Positions 37,700-50,648 of a stretch of 64,000 bases of DNA are shown one piece after another. The notes below the pieces were generated by a model, which searched no databases, was not told the DNA's origin, and worked only from the letters and a program-made list of their open reading frames with translations. Source of the stretch: Eledone cirrhosa (lineage: Eukaryota); NCBI GenBank assembly GCA_964016885.1, contig OZ024740.1:147002001-147066000 (forward strand). Direction: 5' to 3'. Positions within the stretch are counted from its first letter, which is position 1; each line of letters begins with the position of its first letter. Made by a program: the position numbers and the translations under genes.

Positions 37700-38312
37700 C
37701 TGTAAAGAAATAAACAATCCTCATATAATAATATAATACAAACAGAATGAATATGCTTTAGTTCGTATGATACATAATCTCCAAGAATAGTGGGAGGAAA
37801 GGAAGAATGGAGAGAGGAAGGAATCTTCCAACCGAAGACCTGACCCAAACATGTGTAACAGAGTGGACTCTTCTAAAGGCACTAAAGAGACAGGTGGCTG
37901 TGTTAAACCAGACAAGTTGACCACAGTAGGATTTGAACTCAGAATGCAAAGAGCTAGAACAAATACCACAACCCTTCTACCAGATACACTAACAGTTACA
38001 CCAATCCACCACCTTAAGCTGGTACTTTATCAACTTCAAAAGGATAAAAGGTAAACTTAACCCCAGCAGGATTTGAAATCAGAATGTAAGGAGCCAGAAT
38101 AATACTACAGGGACTTTATCTAATGCCCTAATGATTCTGCTAAATCCCATTTCAGATATTATCATATTTTCACTGATTGATATCTGAAATTATTGATTAT
38201 CTGTGACTAACAAATAGATTATTGTAAACAAAATGTACTCTGAAAAGTTTTGGAATGTAAGCAAGACATGGGCCCCCGGCCCATCTGAGAGGACAGTAAC
38301 TTGAATTAAATA

Positions 38313-38492
38313 ATTGTTTCCACTTTTGGCACAAGGCCATCAATTACCCAGTACATTACTGGTACTTTATTTTATCGACCCCATAAGGATGAAAGGCAAA
38401 GTTAACCTCGGCGGGATTTGAACTCAGACCGTAAAGGGACGTAACTATGCTGGAAAGCATGGCGTCTGACCCTCTACTGATACTGCCAATCC
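38313..38492 (-). mobile_element. SINE family 2 copy
   Basis: Reverse complement of 32191-32381. Further partial or old copies lie near 36765-36960, 38643-39000, 40160-40280 and 43098-43230. Confidence 0.85.
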
Positions 38493-39004
38493 ATAAATAA
38501 TGACTGTCTGTGATGACCTATCAAACCCATACCAGCATGGAAAAATGCATGTTAAATGATGATGATGATAATGATAAAAAAGATCAATAGTAGCTCAAAC
38601 TATGACCTACTCATGATGCAACATTTTATCTTTTAAATGTCAGGGATAGTGGATTGGCAGAATCATTAGAGCATCAGACAAAATGCTTTCAACATTTAGC
38701 TATGATGCCTTAAACAGTTTGAGTTCAAATCAAACTGAGGTCAACTTTACTTTTCCCTTTTCTGATGTCAATAAAATAAAGTACCAGTCATAGAGTGGGG
38801 TGAGTGTAATCACCATTTCCCTCCCCACAAATTGTTGGCCTTGTGCCTAAATTAGAAATCATTACTTCAAAACCAGCCAAGGTCAACTTTGCCTTTCATT
38901 CTTCCAGGCTCAATAAAATTAAGTAAGAGTTGATTTGAATGGAGTTGATTTGATGAACTTTGCCCTTCCCCTAAATTTGCTGGCCTTATGTCAAAATTTG
39001 AAAA

Positions 39005-39489
39005 TCTCTATATATAAAGTTGTATTCCTGTCTGTTTGTTTGTTCATGAACTACTCCTATGGTTTTGGAGATAGACCCGCATAACCATATATATTCTGAA
39101 ACTGCTTTGTCCAGGATACTTGGGTAAGTATATTTCATTTTAATCAAAGGGTTCCCTGGGGGCACAAACCCCCACTGAAAATGTTTTCCCTTTGATTTAT
39201 ATGAAATTCAAACCATAGGTAAATGACAGGATAAGATGCCTATTCACAAAAGGTTTGAATTGATATTTTGAAAAATATTTACAAGAAACAAAATAAGAAT
39301 AAGATTTAATAAGGTAATCTTGATTTGATATATTACAAAAAATGATGTTTTCCAATTTTTCATGCGTTACATTTTACATTGAGTAATATTGAAATACAGC
39401 GTTTTTCTCCATAAATTATATCACTCAGTCATCATTTTCTTACAAAAAAATATGTGTGAAATGCAGCAAGGCATGGGTAATTTGGCTAG
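39005..39489 (+). mobile_element. Non-autonomous Helitron-like element
   Basis: Begins A|TCTCTATATATAAA followed by GTCTGTTTGTTTGT, and ends GC-richer segment + CTAG|T, i.e. 5'-TC, 3'-CTAG and an AT target. Confidence 0.65.
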
Positions 39490-40580
39490 TATTATATAAA
39501 AGTGAATGGATGTGTGTTCCAAGTTGTAGGCCAAAGTTTTACACCTATGTAGCAGTAATTTTACTTAGTACTTATTTTTCCAAGTTTGGAACTTATCGAT
39601 CTCCTTTTGTCAAACTGCTAAGTTATGGGATGCAGCTGCAGCAACACACATACATATACAATGGGCTTCTGCAGTTTCAGTCTACCAAATTTCATTGATA
39701 AGGTATTGGTCAACCTGATGCTATAGAAACCACGTGACTGAAATGAACTTCTTAACCACATAGCCATGGGAAGTTTTCTGAATTTTTTTATTTTCAGTAC
39801 CAGATAGAAAGACTAAAATACTACAATAGTATTGTAAAATGTTACTTATTAAAAAATTAATTAATTTAGAGTAATTATGTAAATTAGTACAGAGTTTTGA
39901 AAATCCATTCTCAGAAAATTCAAATAAACACAAGAGTGACATTTTATTTTAACATTGTTTATTTGTTTATTTTTGTTTTGTGAATATTTATGAAGCTCAT
40001 TTTGAATCATCTTTTGGGTGACTTAGATGGCAACAATTTTGAGTAAATCAATATACCTAGTTGAACCTTTCTCAGTAAACAGCTTACTCTGCCTTTTGTA
40101 AAGAGTCTTTAGAATTGTCTTAAATAGTAGAGGAGTTAGAGAGAGATTTTCTAAACAAATAATTGTTTCTACTTTTGGCACAAGGCCAGCAATTACCCAG
40201 TACATTACTGGTACTTTATTTTATTGACCCCGTAAGGATGAAAGGCAAAGATAACTTTGGCGGAATATGAACTCAGAATGGAAAGAGCCTGAACTCAGAA
40301 TGGAAAGGGCCTAAACAAATAATATAAATGAAAAACTAAAAAGAAATATGCTTAAGTTTTAGACTGCTTTGTGGTCCTAGTGGACAGAATGGAGATGACT
40401 GAAGGCTGCAAACATCTTTTTAAAGCAATTTAGTCACTTTTTTTCTGATGAGAATTATGGACATAAAGATTGTCCATGGTAACTGGCCCTCAGTAATGAG
40501 GATGGGATGAAATCGCAAAAAGTATTTATCTTATAAACTTGGTTAAAGTCAGTGCAGCAACTAGTATTAAAATAAATCTA

Positions 40581-40798
40581 TTAACCCTTTTGTTATTATT
40601 TCTAATAAAATGCACTCTTATTTCAATTAATTAATGAAGAATTTTGAGGGGTTGAATAAAATTATGAATTATTTCATTACTAAGGTATTAACTTAAAAAA
40701 TGGTTCTTATATAAAATTATCTTGGAAGATTTAAAATGGGGAGTTTTGTTTCATAGAACTAGAGATTATTTTGGTCAAGCTGGTAGCAAAAGTGTTAA
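40581..40798. mobile_element. piggyBac-type MITE
   Basis: TTAACCCTTTTG...CAAAAGTGTTAA: TTAA duplication with CCCT-type TIR. Confidence 0.65.
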
Positions 40799-40837
40799 AT
40801 CCACAAATTCTTGTGAGAGTATGAGATTTATCCATAC

Positions 40838-40943
40838 CTGTGTCCAATTTCATGGGCGGCAATTAAGACTTCCTGAAAACCTCCCATTTCAACCACAATT
40901 GAGACACTTTCTTGTCCACACATTGCACCAACATTTGCTAATC
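40838..40943 (-). CDS. ADAMTS-like exon 4 (GLANVGAMCGQESVSIVVEMGGFQEVLIAAHEIGHS)
   Basis: CAG acceptor, GTATGG donor, 106 nt, phase 1-2. Contains GLAxxGxMC and the catalytic HExxH. Confidence 0.94.
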
Positions 40944-42107
40944 CTGATACATACATGAATAAAAAAAATTTATTATGAGACATTTTATAATAACTTAAGT
41001 GGATGGCATTAGGAAGGACACCCAGATGTATAAACTATGACAAACTAGAATGTAATAGTAGTATGTGGTCTTCTGACTTGTCTAGTTTCGGAATGTGACA
41101 ACCTGTTCAACCCATGTAAGCATGAAAAATGAATATAATATGGTGATGGGGATAATTATTGCACATTATGACATACTTAATAATTACATATTTTAGATAA
41201 TATTACTATCACACATTTATCTATTTATTACACATTTTAAAACAGTCAATATATTATATGATATAAAGTGTTAATTGCTAAGTTAATTTGAATTATTTAA
41301 TTTTGCACAAAGAAATAAACTTTCCCTTACTTAACAAGCAATAACTTTTGAGTTATAACAATAAAGTTTGAGAAAAAATTAATAATTTACAAAATATTTG
41401 AAAATATATATACATGCAAACATTTGCTTCACAGATGTTTTCTTAATGGTACAAATCAATAAATTAAAATTTCTGTCATGAATGAAATCAAAAATATTCC
41501 TACATGAGATTCAGATAAATAGAATCATTTCTTTCTCATCTTCTAAGTTTCCAATCTTATGCGAAACTATTCAAAGCAGGAGTCTTCAATATGTAGCCAA
41601 CAGTTCATCTAAGCACTTGTAGTGAATCTTGCATGAGGAAAGATAACTTACATTTCATGGTGGCAATGTTAACATGCACACACTGTTTTACTTGATGTGT
41701 GAATTAACTGAATTAATTATAAACCAATCAACATACATTGAGGTCAGATCAATGTGCTATGTAATTTCTTAGTGTTGTACTTGAAGAAACATTCAGGAAC
41801 AGCTAAGAACGAATTGCCAAAGACCTATATTCTGACTTACCACTAAATTAAAGAATAGTGCAGGGCCTTTGAAAGAAATTTTACAAGGTGGAACTAGACT
41901 GCTTTAAAATCCAGGGAGGGGAGATTGGCAGAATATTCCTCATAAACTTCAAAGGGGCTGAGAGAATTTTTAAGAAAGGAGAGTACCATATATTCACAGG
42001 GGCTTTTCCTTGGTTCTCTGAGAATTAATGTACTCTCTGAATTCCCTCTTATAGAATATGATAACTATTAACTATTTCTATCAGAGATAAGTAAGACAGT
42101 TACTCAC

Positions 42108-42142
42108 CAACAGTTGTAGTTCCAATACCGGAAAGTTTATAT
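42108..42142 (-). CDS. ADAMTS-like exon 3, 35-nt mini-exon (YKLSGIGTTTVG)
   Basis: CAG acceptor, GTGAGT donor. Supplies exactly the phase 2 to 1 bridge needed between the neighbouring exons. Confidence 0.8.
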
Positions 42143-42504
42143 CTGCAATGAAAAAAATAACAGCTATTTTAACATGTTTCATATTTATACAATATTTGAC
42201 ACAGAAAAATATCACATAACACATGAAATATTTCCAATAGAAATGTTTTAAAAAATTAAGATTAAAAAAAAAAAAATATGACATGTGTAATATACACAGA
42301 ATACACAACTTAGGGTTGAGAGGACACTTTAATTGTGTCAAGGCCATGACAATGTCCATAGTGTTGGTGCCATGGTAAAATGCACACAGTACACTTTGCA
42401 AGTTGGTTGCTGTTAGAAAGGGCATTCAGCTGAAGAAATCGTGCTAAAACTGGGATGTATATAAATGAAAATGTTTGCCTGTCTAAGAAGACAAAAGGAG
42501 TGAT

Positions 42505-42718
42505 TAACCCTTTTAATACCAAACTGTCTTAAACTGCTCCGATTCTATGATTCAAAAATGTTTTCATATGTATATATTTATCTTAAAACCTATCATAATT
42601 TTACATAAAAGCATTTGCTAAGTAATGTTCCAAACACCAGATATATAAATCCCTCCAAAAAGGATTTTAAAATTATAGGCAGTCATTTTTAGTAAGAATA
42701 TAGTAACAAGAGAGTTAA
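42505..42718. mobile_element. piggyBac-type MITE (opposite orientation to the 40581 copy)
   Basis: TTAACCCTTTTAATACC...TAACAAGAGAGTTAA. Confidence 0.65.
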
Positions 42719-42807
42719 CTACTGACTTGGTTTGTAAGCACCCATCAAACCCAAGCCAGAATGGAAAAAAGGGCCATTGAATGATGATTGTTGTGATGAT
42801 GACCATG

Positions 42808-42940
42808 GCGGTGATGACAATGATGGTGGTGGTGACAATGATGGTGGTGGTGACAATGATGGTGGTGGTGACAATGATGGTGGTGGTGACAATGATGATG
42901 GTGGTGACAATGATAATGGTGGTGATGATGATGATGATGA
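42808..42940. repeat. 18-bp minisatellite (GGTGGTGGTGACAATGAT)n grading into (GAT)n
   Basis: Directly visible. Extends a (GAT)n retroposon tail. Confidence 0.9.
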
Positions 42941-42999
42941 TAGAGGATATTTTATTGAATTAGTATTAGTAGTCAATAGTTCTCTAATCTGAATGTGTA

Positions 43000-43036
<37 letters not shown>

Positions 43037-43279
43037 GTTTTGCAACCAACCCAGTGAGTGTGTTTTATTAAATATTTCTGACAATATTATAACAATTACG
43101 TCCCTTTACAGTCTGAGTTCAAATCCCGCCGAGGTTAACTTTGCCTTTCATCCTTACGGGGTCGATAAAATAAAGTACCAGTAATGTACTGGATAATTGC
43201 TGGCCTTGTGCCTAAAGTAGAAACAATTATAACAATATTATAATATATACTCTCCCCAAATATAACAATATATATATTA

Positions 43280-44815
43280 AAGGGTGTGGACGATATTTGT
43301 TCACAATTTTCAACTGCTAATTTTATGCAAATTTTTTTTTACTTCCGTTGTGACTCTTGTCTTCATAAAAACAGTGACTGTATTTCCATTATTTATTTTC
43401 AGAATAATTGATTATGAATAATTTTGAGCCTCCAAATTTGTGGAAGAGACATAGGCAGACCCAGAAAAACATGGGACGAGCTGATAAATTCCGACCTCAC
43501 ACGCTTACACCTCTCCAAGACAATGTCACTGGACCGAGACCTTTGGCGGTACTCAGTAATAGAGAAGACCCGCCTTACCTAAATACAAAGTAAAAACCTA
43601 CTACAGTCAGTAGGCATCTCTATCAACCCCCCCCCCCCCCCCCCCCCCCCGTCCCACCACCTCCACCCCATCCACACCGCCCCTTTCAATGTAAAGTTAT
43701 GTTGGTCCCACAACATCCAGGCCGAAACAAATGAGATCGTGTAGGTGTCACGACAAAAAAACACACAGTCCACGCTGTAAATGTGGCCGTGTAGGCAACA
43801 CGGTAAAAACCTCCCAGCCCCACACTGTAAATGTGGTTGGTGTTAGGAAGGGCATCCAGCTGTAGAAAACCCGCCAGACAGTCCACGCTGTAATGTGGCC
43901 GTGTAGGCAACACGGTAAAAACCTCCCAGCCCCACACTGTAAATGTGGTTGGTGTTAGGAAGGGCATCCAACTGTAGAAAACCCGCCAGACAGTCCTATG
44001 CGAGCAAGACAACCACTCTTGCCTCAAGTGGGAAAACCCCCGTCCAAACCCAAGCAAGCGTGGAACACGGACGCTAAACCTGATGATGATGATGATGATG
44101 ATGACACAGAGTTCTTCTTGGAATCTGCGCCTGGAGGACAAATAAGGAAATTTCAGTCTTTCCCAGAACAACAGGTGGCTCGCTGTCTCATCCAAAGACG
44201 AGCCCAGAGTCATGCAGACAAAGTTTCCAGCGACAACATTGGTCTTAGGTATCGTCAGCAGTCAAGGTGACGTCATGCCACCTCACTTCTTCCCTGAGGG
44301 CCTCAAGCTGAACACCAATGGCTACATCCGCGTTCTGAGCGAGGTAGTAAAGCCCTGGATTGACCAGGTAGCTGCAGGTAGGCCGAACGTGTGGCAGCAA
44401 GACTCAGCACCCTGCCATACCAGCCGATAGACCCAAGCCTGGCTGTCAGAGAACTTCGTCGACCACACTTCACCTGACATCTGGCCTCCCAGCTCGCCTG
44501 ACTGCAACCCCCTCGACTTTTTTGTGTGGAGCGCAGTGGGACGAGACACCAACAGATCTAGCTGCAATACGAAAGATGATCTGAAGGCCAGGATCACAAG
44601 TGCCTGTCGGGGGACAGTGACGAAGGCCTGTAGCCGGTTCCGAGGCCGCCTTGAGGCCGTCATCAAAGCCAATGGCGGGTTTATCGAGTGAGATTGAAAG
44701 AAGAAGTCATGAAGACAAACTGACCCAAGTTTGATAAATAAATCTTAAAAAATAAAACTACTGTGTTACTTTTTCCTAGACAGTAATCTTGCGAACAGAT
44801 ATCGTCTGCACCCTG
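43280..44815 (+). mobile_element. Tc1/mariner DD37D (maT) transposon, internally deleted, with RTE insertion
   Basis: TIRs (C/A)AGGGTG..GACGATAT.TGTTC.CAA at both ends with TA flanks. Catalytic QQDSAPCH...WPPSSPDCNPLD has 37 residues between the last two Asp and one in-frame stop. Confidence 0.88.
43451..44105 (+). mobile_element. RTE family A 3' fragment with poly-C tract, ~120-bp internal tandem duplication and (GAT)n tail
   Basis: GRPRKTWDELINSD; the 3'UTR matches 18806-19184. Confidence 0.9.
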
Positions 44816-44821
44816 TATATA

Positions 44822-45921
44822 TCATCATCATCATCATCATTTAACATCTATCTTCCATGCTAGCATGGGTTAGACAGGAATTGTCCCACTTGAGGCTAGA
44901 TTGATTGAGTGACGGTGTCTCACTCATATGGCAGGTTTTCTATGGCTGCATGCCCTTCCTAACACCAACCACATTTACAGTGTGGACCGGGAGCCTTTTT
45001 ACTGTGTCTCCTACACGACCACTTTACAGCGTGGACTGGGTGTTTTTCGTCGTGACAGCTACACAACCTCTTTAGTTTGGACTGGATGTTCTGTGGTACC
45101 AGCATAACTTTACAGAAAAAGGTTGGTGTTGGTGGGAGTGGGAAAATGGAATAGGAGTAGTGGGTTGGGGTGTATATTTGGTTAAGAGGTGTCTACTGAT
45201 TGTAGGTTTAACTCTGTACGTAGGGAAGGCAGGTCTTCTGTATTACTGCATAGAGCCAAAGGTCTCGATCCAGTGACATTGTCTTAGGGAGGTGTAAGTG
45301 TGTAAGGTCAGATTATATCATGTCGTCCCAGATTTTTCTGGGTCTACCTACTCCGTAACATCCATCAATTTTGATCGTCTTGTACTTTTTTATACAGCTG
45401 TCATCTTTCATGCGCATCACATGACCATACCAATGTAATCTCCTCTCAAGTAAACAACATCTGATCCCTCTTATTCCTATTTTCTCAGTTTGTTTGTTTT
45501 GCTCTTCGAGTATATTACTATTACACATCCAATGGAGCATGCATGCTTTGTTCCTTTTCAATCTGTGCAGGTCCTCTGCACACAATGCCAATGTCCCACT
45601 GTCAGGTAACATTGCTGTTCATATACAAGCATCATATAATCTGCCTTTCATTTTTAGAGAGGATCCTTTTGTGGCCAACCATTCATTGTATTAGCTCTCT
45701 GAACTTTTTCCATCCCATTCTAACTCTGGCTACTGTACTTTCAGAGCACCCTCCACCACTGTTGATTTTGTCACCCAGGTAATGGAAAGTGTCTACTATT
45801 TCTATAGAACCATCTGGGCAGTTGAAGGAGCTAGTATCCTGTGGGCACTTGCTACTTATTGCACCTGAGCATCAGCTGCATATAAAATCTACATTCTTAG
45901 AGAGTTTGCCTGTGATCCCAC
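44822..45921 (-). mobile_element. Older RTE family A-related 3' portion
   Basis: ACMLHWMC, RRLHWYGHVMR, GRPRKIW; (CAT)n at 44822-44840. Confidence 0.88.
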
Positions 45922-46445
45922 ATGTGTGTGTGTATATATATTTAGCAGGTGAAAGAGTAGTTGTTTGTTGTGGTTTGCTTGCTTGGTTTATTTGTGCTAT
46001 TGTAGTCATCATCTCATCAGTAGAAATTGTAAAACGAGTTGAGTGGCTTGTTTGTCAAATCCACAGCAAGTGAGTGAAGTGTGTCACAGTGAATTGAGAG
46101 AATTGTTGCTGTGAAATCTGGCCATGATTGATGAAACCAGTAGCTGAAGTGCTTGTACCATGATAAAAAGCATAAGTAAACTAAAGTGATTTAACCCCTT
46201 TATTTTCATATTTCTAATGAAATAAAGATATTGCTAATGACTTTCAAATAATTTTGGAAGATAATCACAAATTTGGAAGAATTTAGTAATTAACCTGGCA
46301 TTTGGAGCATAACTTAATTAACAGTTCTAACAAATTATGATGGAAAGTTTTTAGATTAACGTATACACTTTTAAACAAAGTTTTATATTGTAAAATCAGG
46401 TGCTGTTTCAGGGGGTTTTATTTGAAAAGGAGAAATGGGGCTTAC

Positions 46446-46579
46446 CGTGAAAACATAAGAACATGATCAAACTGGGGATATTTTTTCTCCCGTTCTTCAG
46501 TGAGAATATTAAGTGTGGAGTTTCCATTGATGTACCAGTTACCTCTTATATCTTGCTGATAAATGTCACCAGTTAAATT
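46446..46579 (-). CDS. ADAMTS-like exon 2 (NLTGDIY...KYPQFDHVLMFSR)
   Basis: CAG acceptor, GTAAG donor, 134 nt, phase 0-2. DHVLMFS corresponds to the reprolysin DxAxLxT strand. Confidence 0.88.
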
Positions 46580-46974
46580 CTGTACAAGAAGAAATATATG
46601 CATGTATGTATGGACACGTAACTCTTGGTGGGGTTCTAGGGGAAAATAGTGACATACAGCAAGTCTTGGCCAACATAAATCTGGCAGAACCCATCTCCTC
46701 TTCAGGTCTGAATCAAGAGAGAGAGAGAGTGCATGCAGAAGAATTGACTCTAGTACTGTATTGGTACTTTTTTTGTTAACCTCAAAAGGATGAAAGGTAA
46801 AGTTGACTTTGGTGTGTTTTGAACTCAGTGTGCAGAAAGCCAGAATGAGTACTACAAACCATTCTATTTGACATTAGAATAACTTGCCACCTACAAGAAG
46901 AAATTCTGGGTTTTTAAATATTGGATTGAACATCTGTAGGTCACACTCACTCTCAGATTGATGACTAGCTGCAG

Positions 46975-48200
46975 GTCGCCCAAGAACCAGATAGGGGTGT
47001 TAAACTGGGGTGTTATGTTACCTAAGGACTAGATATGTGTGTTAAACTGGGTGACCTGTTTAACTTACAAACATTAAGTCACTCAATGATCAATTGGTTG
47101 AGTTAAACTAGGTGACATAGTAGGTCTACAATTCACAAGGTGAGTGGCTTAGTGGTTAGGATGTTTAGCTCATGATCATGAGGTTGTGAGTGATTCCCAG
47201 TGACATTTTAAGTTCTTGAGCAAGACACTTTATTTCATGTTGTTCCAATCCACTCACAGTTAGGGAAAATGAGTTGTATCTGTATTAAAAAGGGCCAGCC
47301 TTGCCACACAGTGTTATGCTGAATCTCCCTGAGAGTATACATGTCTATGGAATGTTCAGCTACTTGTATGTTAACCCTTTTCTTACCATATTTATAATGA
47401 AAACACTGCACATGATATTTAAATAATCAAGAATTTGTAAGAATTTAGTAATATAACTAATTTTCTCATTATTAAGCTAATGTTTGGAACATAACACATT
47501 CTTACATAAAATTATGATGAAATAAACATTTAAAATAAGCAGTTTTGTATCATAGAACCAAGGGCAATTTGTTAATTTTATGAGTAAGCTGACCCATTGT
47601 TTGAACAACTGAAACACTCATTGAAAATGCTGAAGTTCCAATACAACATAATCCTCAAAACACACATAGACCAGGTGGTGGTGTTAAACTAGATAATATG
47701 CTAACAGGTCACCTATGGACAAATTAGTGGTGTGAAACTGGGTGGCATATTATGCCTATGGTTGACAAGTCACCCAAGGACCAGTTGGTCATATGAAACT
47801 AGATGATATGCTATGCCCAGTAATCATAATTCGTTGAAGGATCAAGTAGTAGTATTAAACAAGGTGGCATACTATGTGTACTGATCACAAATACCCAAGG
47901 ATGAGGTAGTGGTATTAAATTGAGTGATATCCTATGCCTACTGGCCCCAAGTCATCTAAGAACCAGTTACAAGTGTTAAACAGAGTGGCAAGCTATATCT
48001 ACTCCCCACAAGCCTCCCGAGCACTGATTAGGGGTATTAACCTTGGTGATATGCTATTCCCAGTAATCATATTTCATCTAAAGACTATGTAGTGGTGTTA
48101 AAAAGTGTCACATACTATGTCTATTACACACGAAACACTCAAGGACCAGATGGTGGAGTTAAACAGAACAGCATGTTAGGTCTATAATCTATTAATGAAC
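46975..48200. repeat. Degenerate ~60-61-bp minisatellite, interrupted by a SINE and a MITE (~47150-47640)
   Basis: The motif CAAGGACCAG..GTGGTGTTAAAC recurs, with its TTAAAC core near 47734, 47795, 47855, 47915, 47976, 48037, 48098 and 48159. Confidence 0.8.
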
Positions 48201-48305
48201 CAAGGACTAGGGCAGTGTGTTAGGTCTATCATCTACTAATGAACTAAAGGCCTGGTAAATGTGTTAGGTCTATGATTAATATAAAGTAAAATAGTAATTA
48301 CTCAC

Positions 48306-48383
48306 TGAAATTAAGACAATTCCCATCAATTTAACTGAAAACTTTGAATCTTCATCTTTTATATTTCTATATAATTGGTCAAC
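48306..48383 (-). CDS. ADAMTS-like exon 1 of those visible (VDQLYRNIKDEDSKFSVKLMGIVLIS)
   Basis: TAG acceptor after a pyrimidine tract, GTGAGT donor, 78 nt, phase 0-0. Fits the early helix/strand of the M12B domain. Upstream exons were not found. Confidence 0.8.
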
Positions 48384-49380
48384 CTAAGAAAATAAATTTA
48401 AATCTTTTATAATTTGGATATTTGTCCCATGTATTTATAGATATGAAATATATAGAAAGCATTTATCCTTTTATTGATTTTAGTTTCTAAACTGTGGCTA
48501 TGATATGGAACTGACTTGATTTAGTCAGACATATTAACCCCAGTACATATTTTATCAATATCTGTAGTTTCCATCTACCAAATTTCACTTACAAAGCATT
48601 GGTCAACCTGATGCTCTAGTGGAAGACACTTGCTCGAGGTGTTGTGCAGCAGGCCTGAACCTAGAATATTGCCATTGTGAAGTAGATTCCTTAACCATGC
48701 AGCCATGACAGCACCTATTTACTATAATTTATAACTTACATTATCCTAGCTTGGTGTTGAAAGGTATATTATTCAACAAACTGTATACCAACAAGTGATT
48801 GGAGGGCATCTCTCCAGCTGAAGCAATCATTAACCTTGAACGCTGTATGACAGATTTCATATTGATCAGGGGATTCTTTTGGGTTCAGCCTAATGAATGA
48901 GTCGGATCGGTTATCAGATTCTGAGACTAGATAGATCAGATAATTTAATCTTTTTATACATTCCAGCCAGAAGCCCTTCTTAATGTCACCTACTTCACAG
49001 TGTGAATCTAGTGAATTTTTATTGGGACACAGGTACTATCATCTGACAAAGTACACTGGGAGCTTATAATCATGACACCAGCACTTCGACTTTACAGAGT
49101 GTACTGGGTGCATACTGTTGTGTTATAAGCCAGTTCTAAGGTCTATTAGCAAGCAGGGATATGTTAAATATAAATGGGAAACAATAAGTTAAAGTAAATA
49201 TACATTATAGGTTCAGGCGTGAAGTAGACACAGGTGTAGTTGTGTGGTTAAAGAGTTGACTTCAGAATTATTGTGGTTTTCAGTTCTATCCCACTGAATA
49301 GCACCTTGGACAAGTATCTTCTATAATGGTCATACTGATTGGTGAGTGAAGATTGGTAGACAGAAAATGTGCAGAAGTTC

Positions 49381-49382
<2 letters not shown>

Positions 49383-49419
<37 letters not shown>

Positions 49420-49473
49420 TTATATACATAAATATACAAATATATATATATACATATATACTATATATATATA

Positions 49474-49520
<47 letters not shown>

Positions 49521-49930
49521 TATATACTATATATATATATATATAGTATATATATATATATATATATATAGTATATATATATATATATATATATATACTA
49601 TATATATATATATATATATATACTATATATATATATATATAGTATATATATATATATATATATATAGTATATATATATATATATATATATAGTATATATA
49701 TATATATATATATATAGTATATATATATATATATATATATAGTATATATATATATATATATATAGTATATATATATATATATATATAGTATATATATATA
49801 GTATATATATATATATATAGTATATATATATATATATATACTATATATATATATATATATACTATATATATATATATATATATACTATATATATATATAC
49901 TATATATACTATATATATATATATATATAC

Positions 49931-49962
<32 letters not shown>

Positions 49963-50049
49963 CTATATATATATATATATATACTATATATATATATATA
50001 TATACTATATATATATACTATATATACTATATATATATACTATATATAC

Positions 50050-50081
<32 letters not shown>

Positions 50082-50355
50082 CTATATATATATATATATA
50101 TACTATATATATATATATATATACTATATATATATACTATATATACTATATATATATACTATATATATATATATATATACTATATATATATATATATACT
50201 ATATATATATATATATATATACTATATATATATATATATATATATACTATATATATATATATATATATACTATATATATATATATATATATATACTATAT
50301 ATATATATATATATATATACTATATATATATATATATACTATATATATATATATA

Positions 50356-50386
<31 letters not shown>

Positions 50387-50612
50387 CTATATATATATAT
50401 ATATATATATACTATATATATATATATATATATATACTATATATATATATATATATATACTATATATATATATATATATATACTATATATATATATATAT
50501 ATATATACTATATATATATATATATATATACTATATATATATATATATATATACTATATATATATATATACTATATATATATATATATATACTATATATA
50601 TATATATATATA

Positions 50613-50645
<33 letters not shown>
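49383..50645. repeat. (TG)n followed by ~1.2 kb of (TA)n punctuated by single C or G (TACTA / TAGTA)
   Basis: Directly visible. Confidence 0.97.

Positions 50646-50648
<3 letters not shown>

Noticed and set aside
46975-48200. CRISPR-like periodic array
   Set aside because: Eukaryotic context, whole units are homologous, no unique spacers and no cas genes.
48740-48780. Candidate upstream exon with GTAAGT donor
   Set aside because: Contains a stop in the frame required to join the phase-0 exon at 48383.
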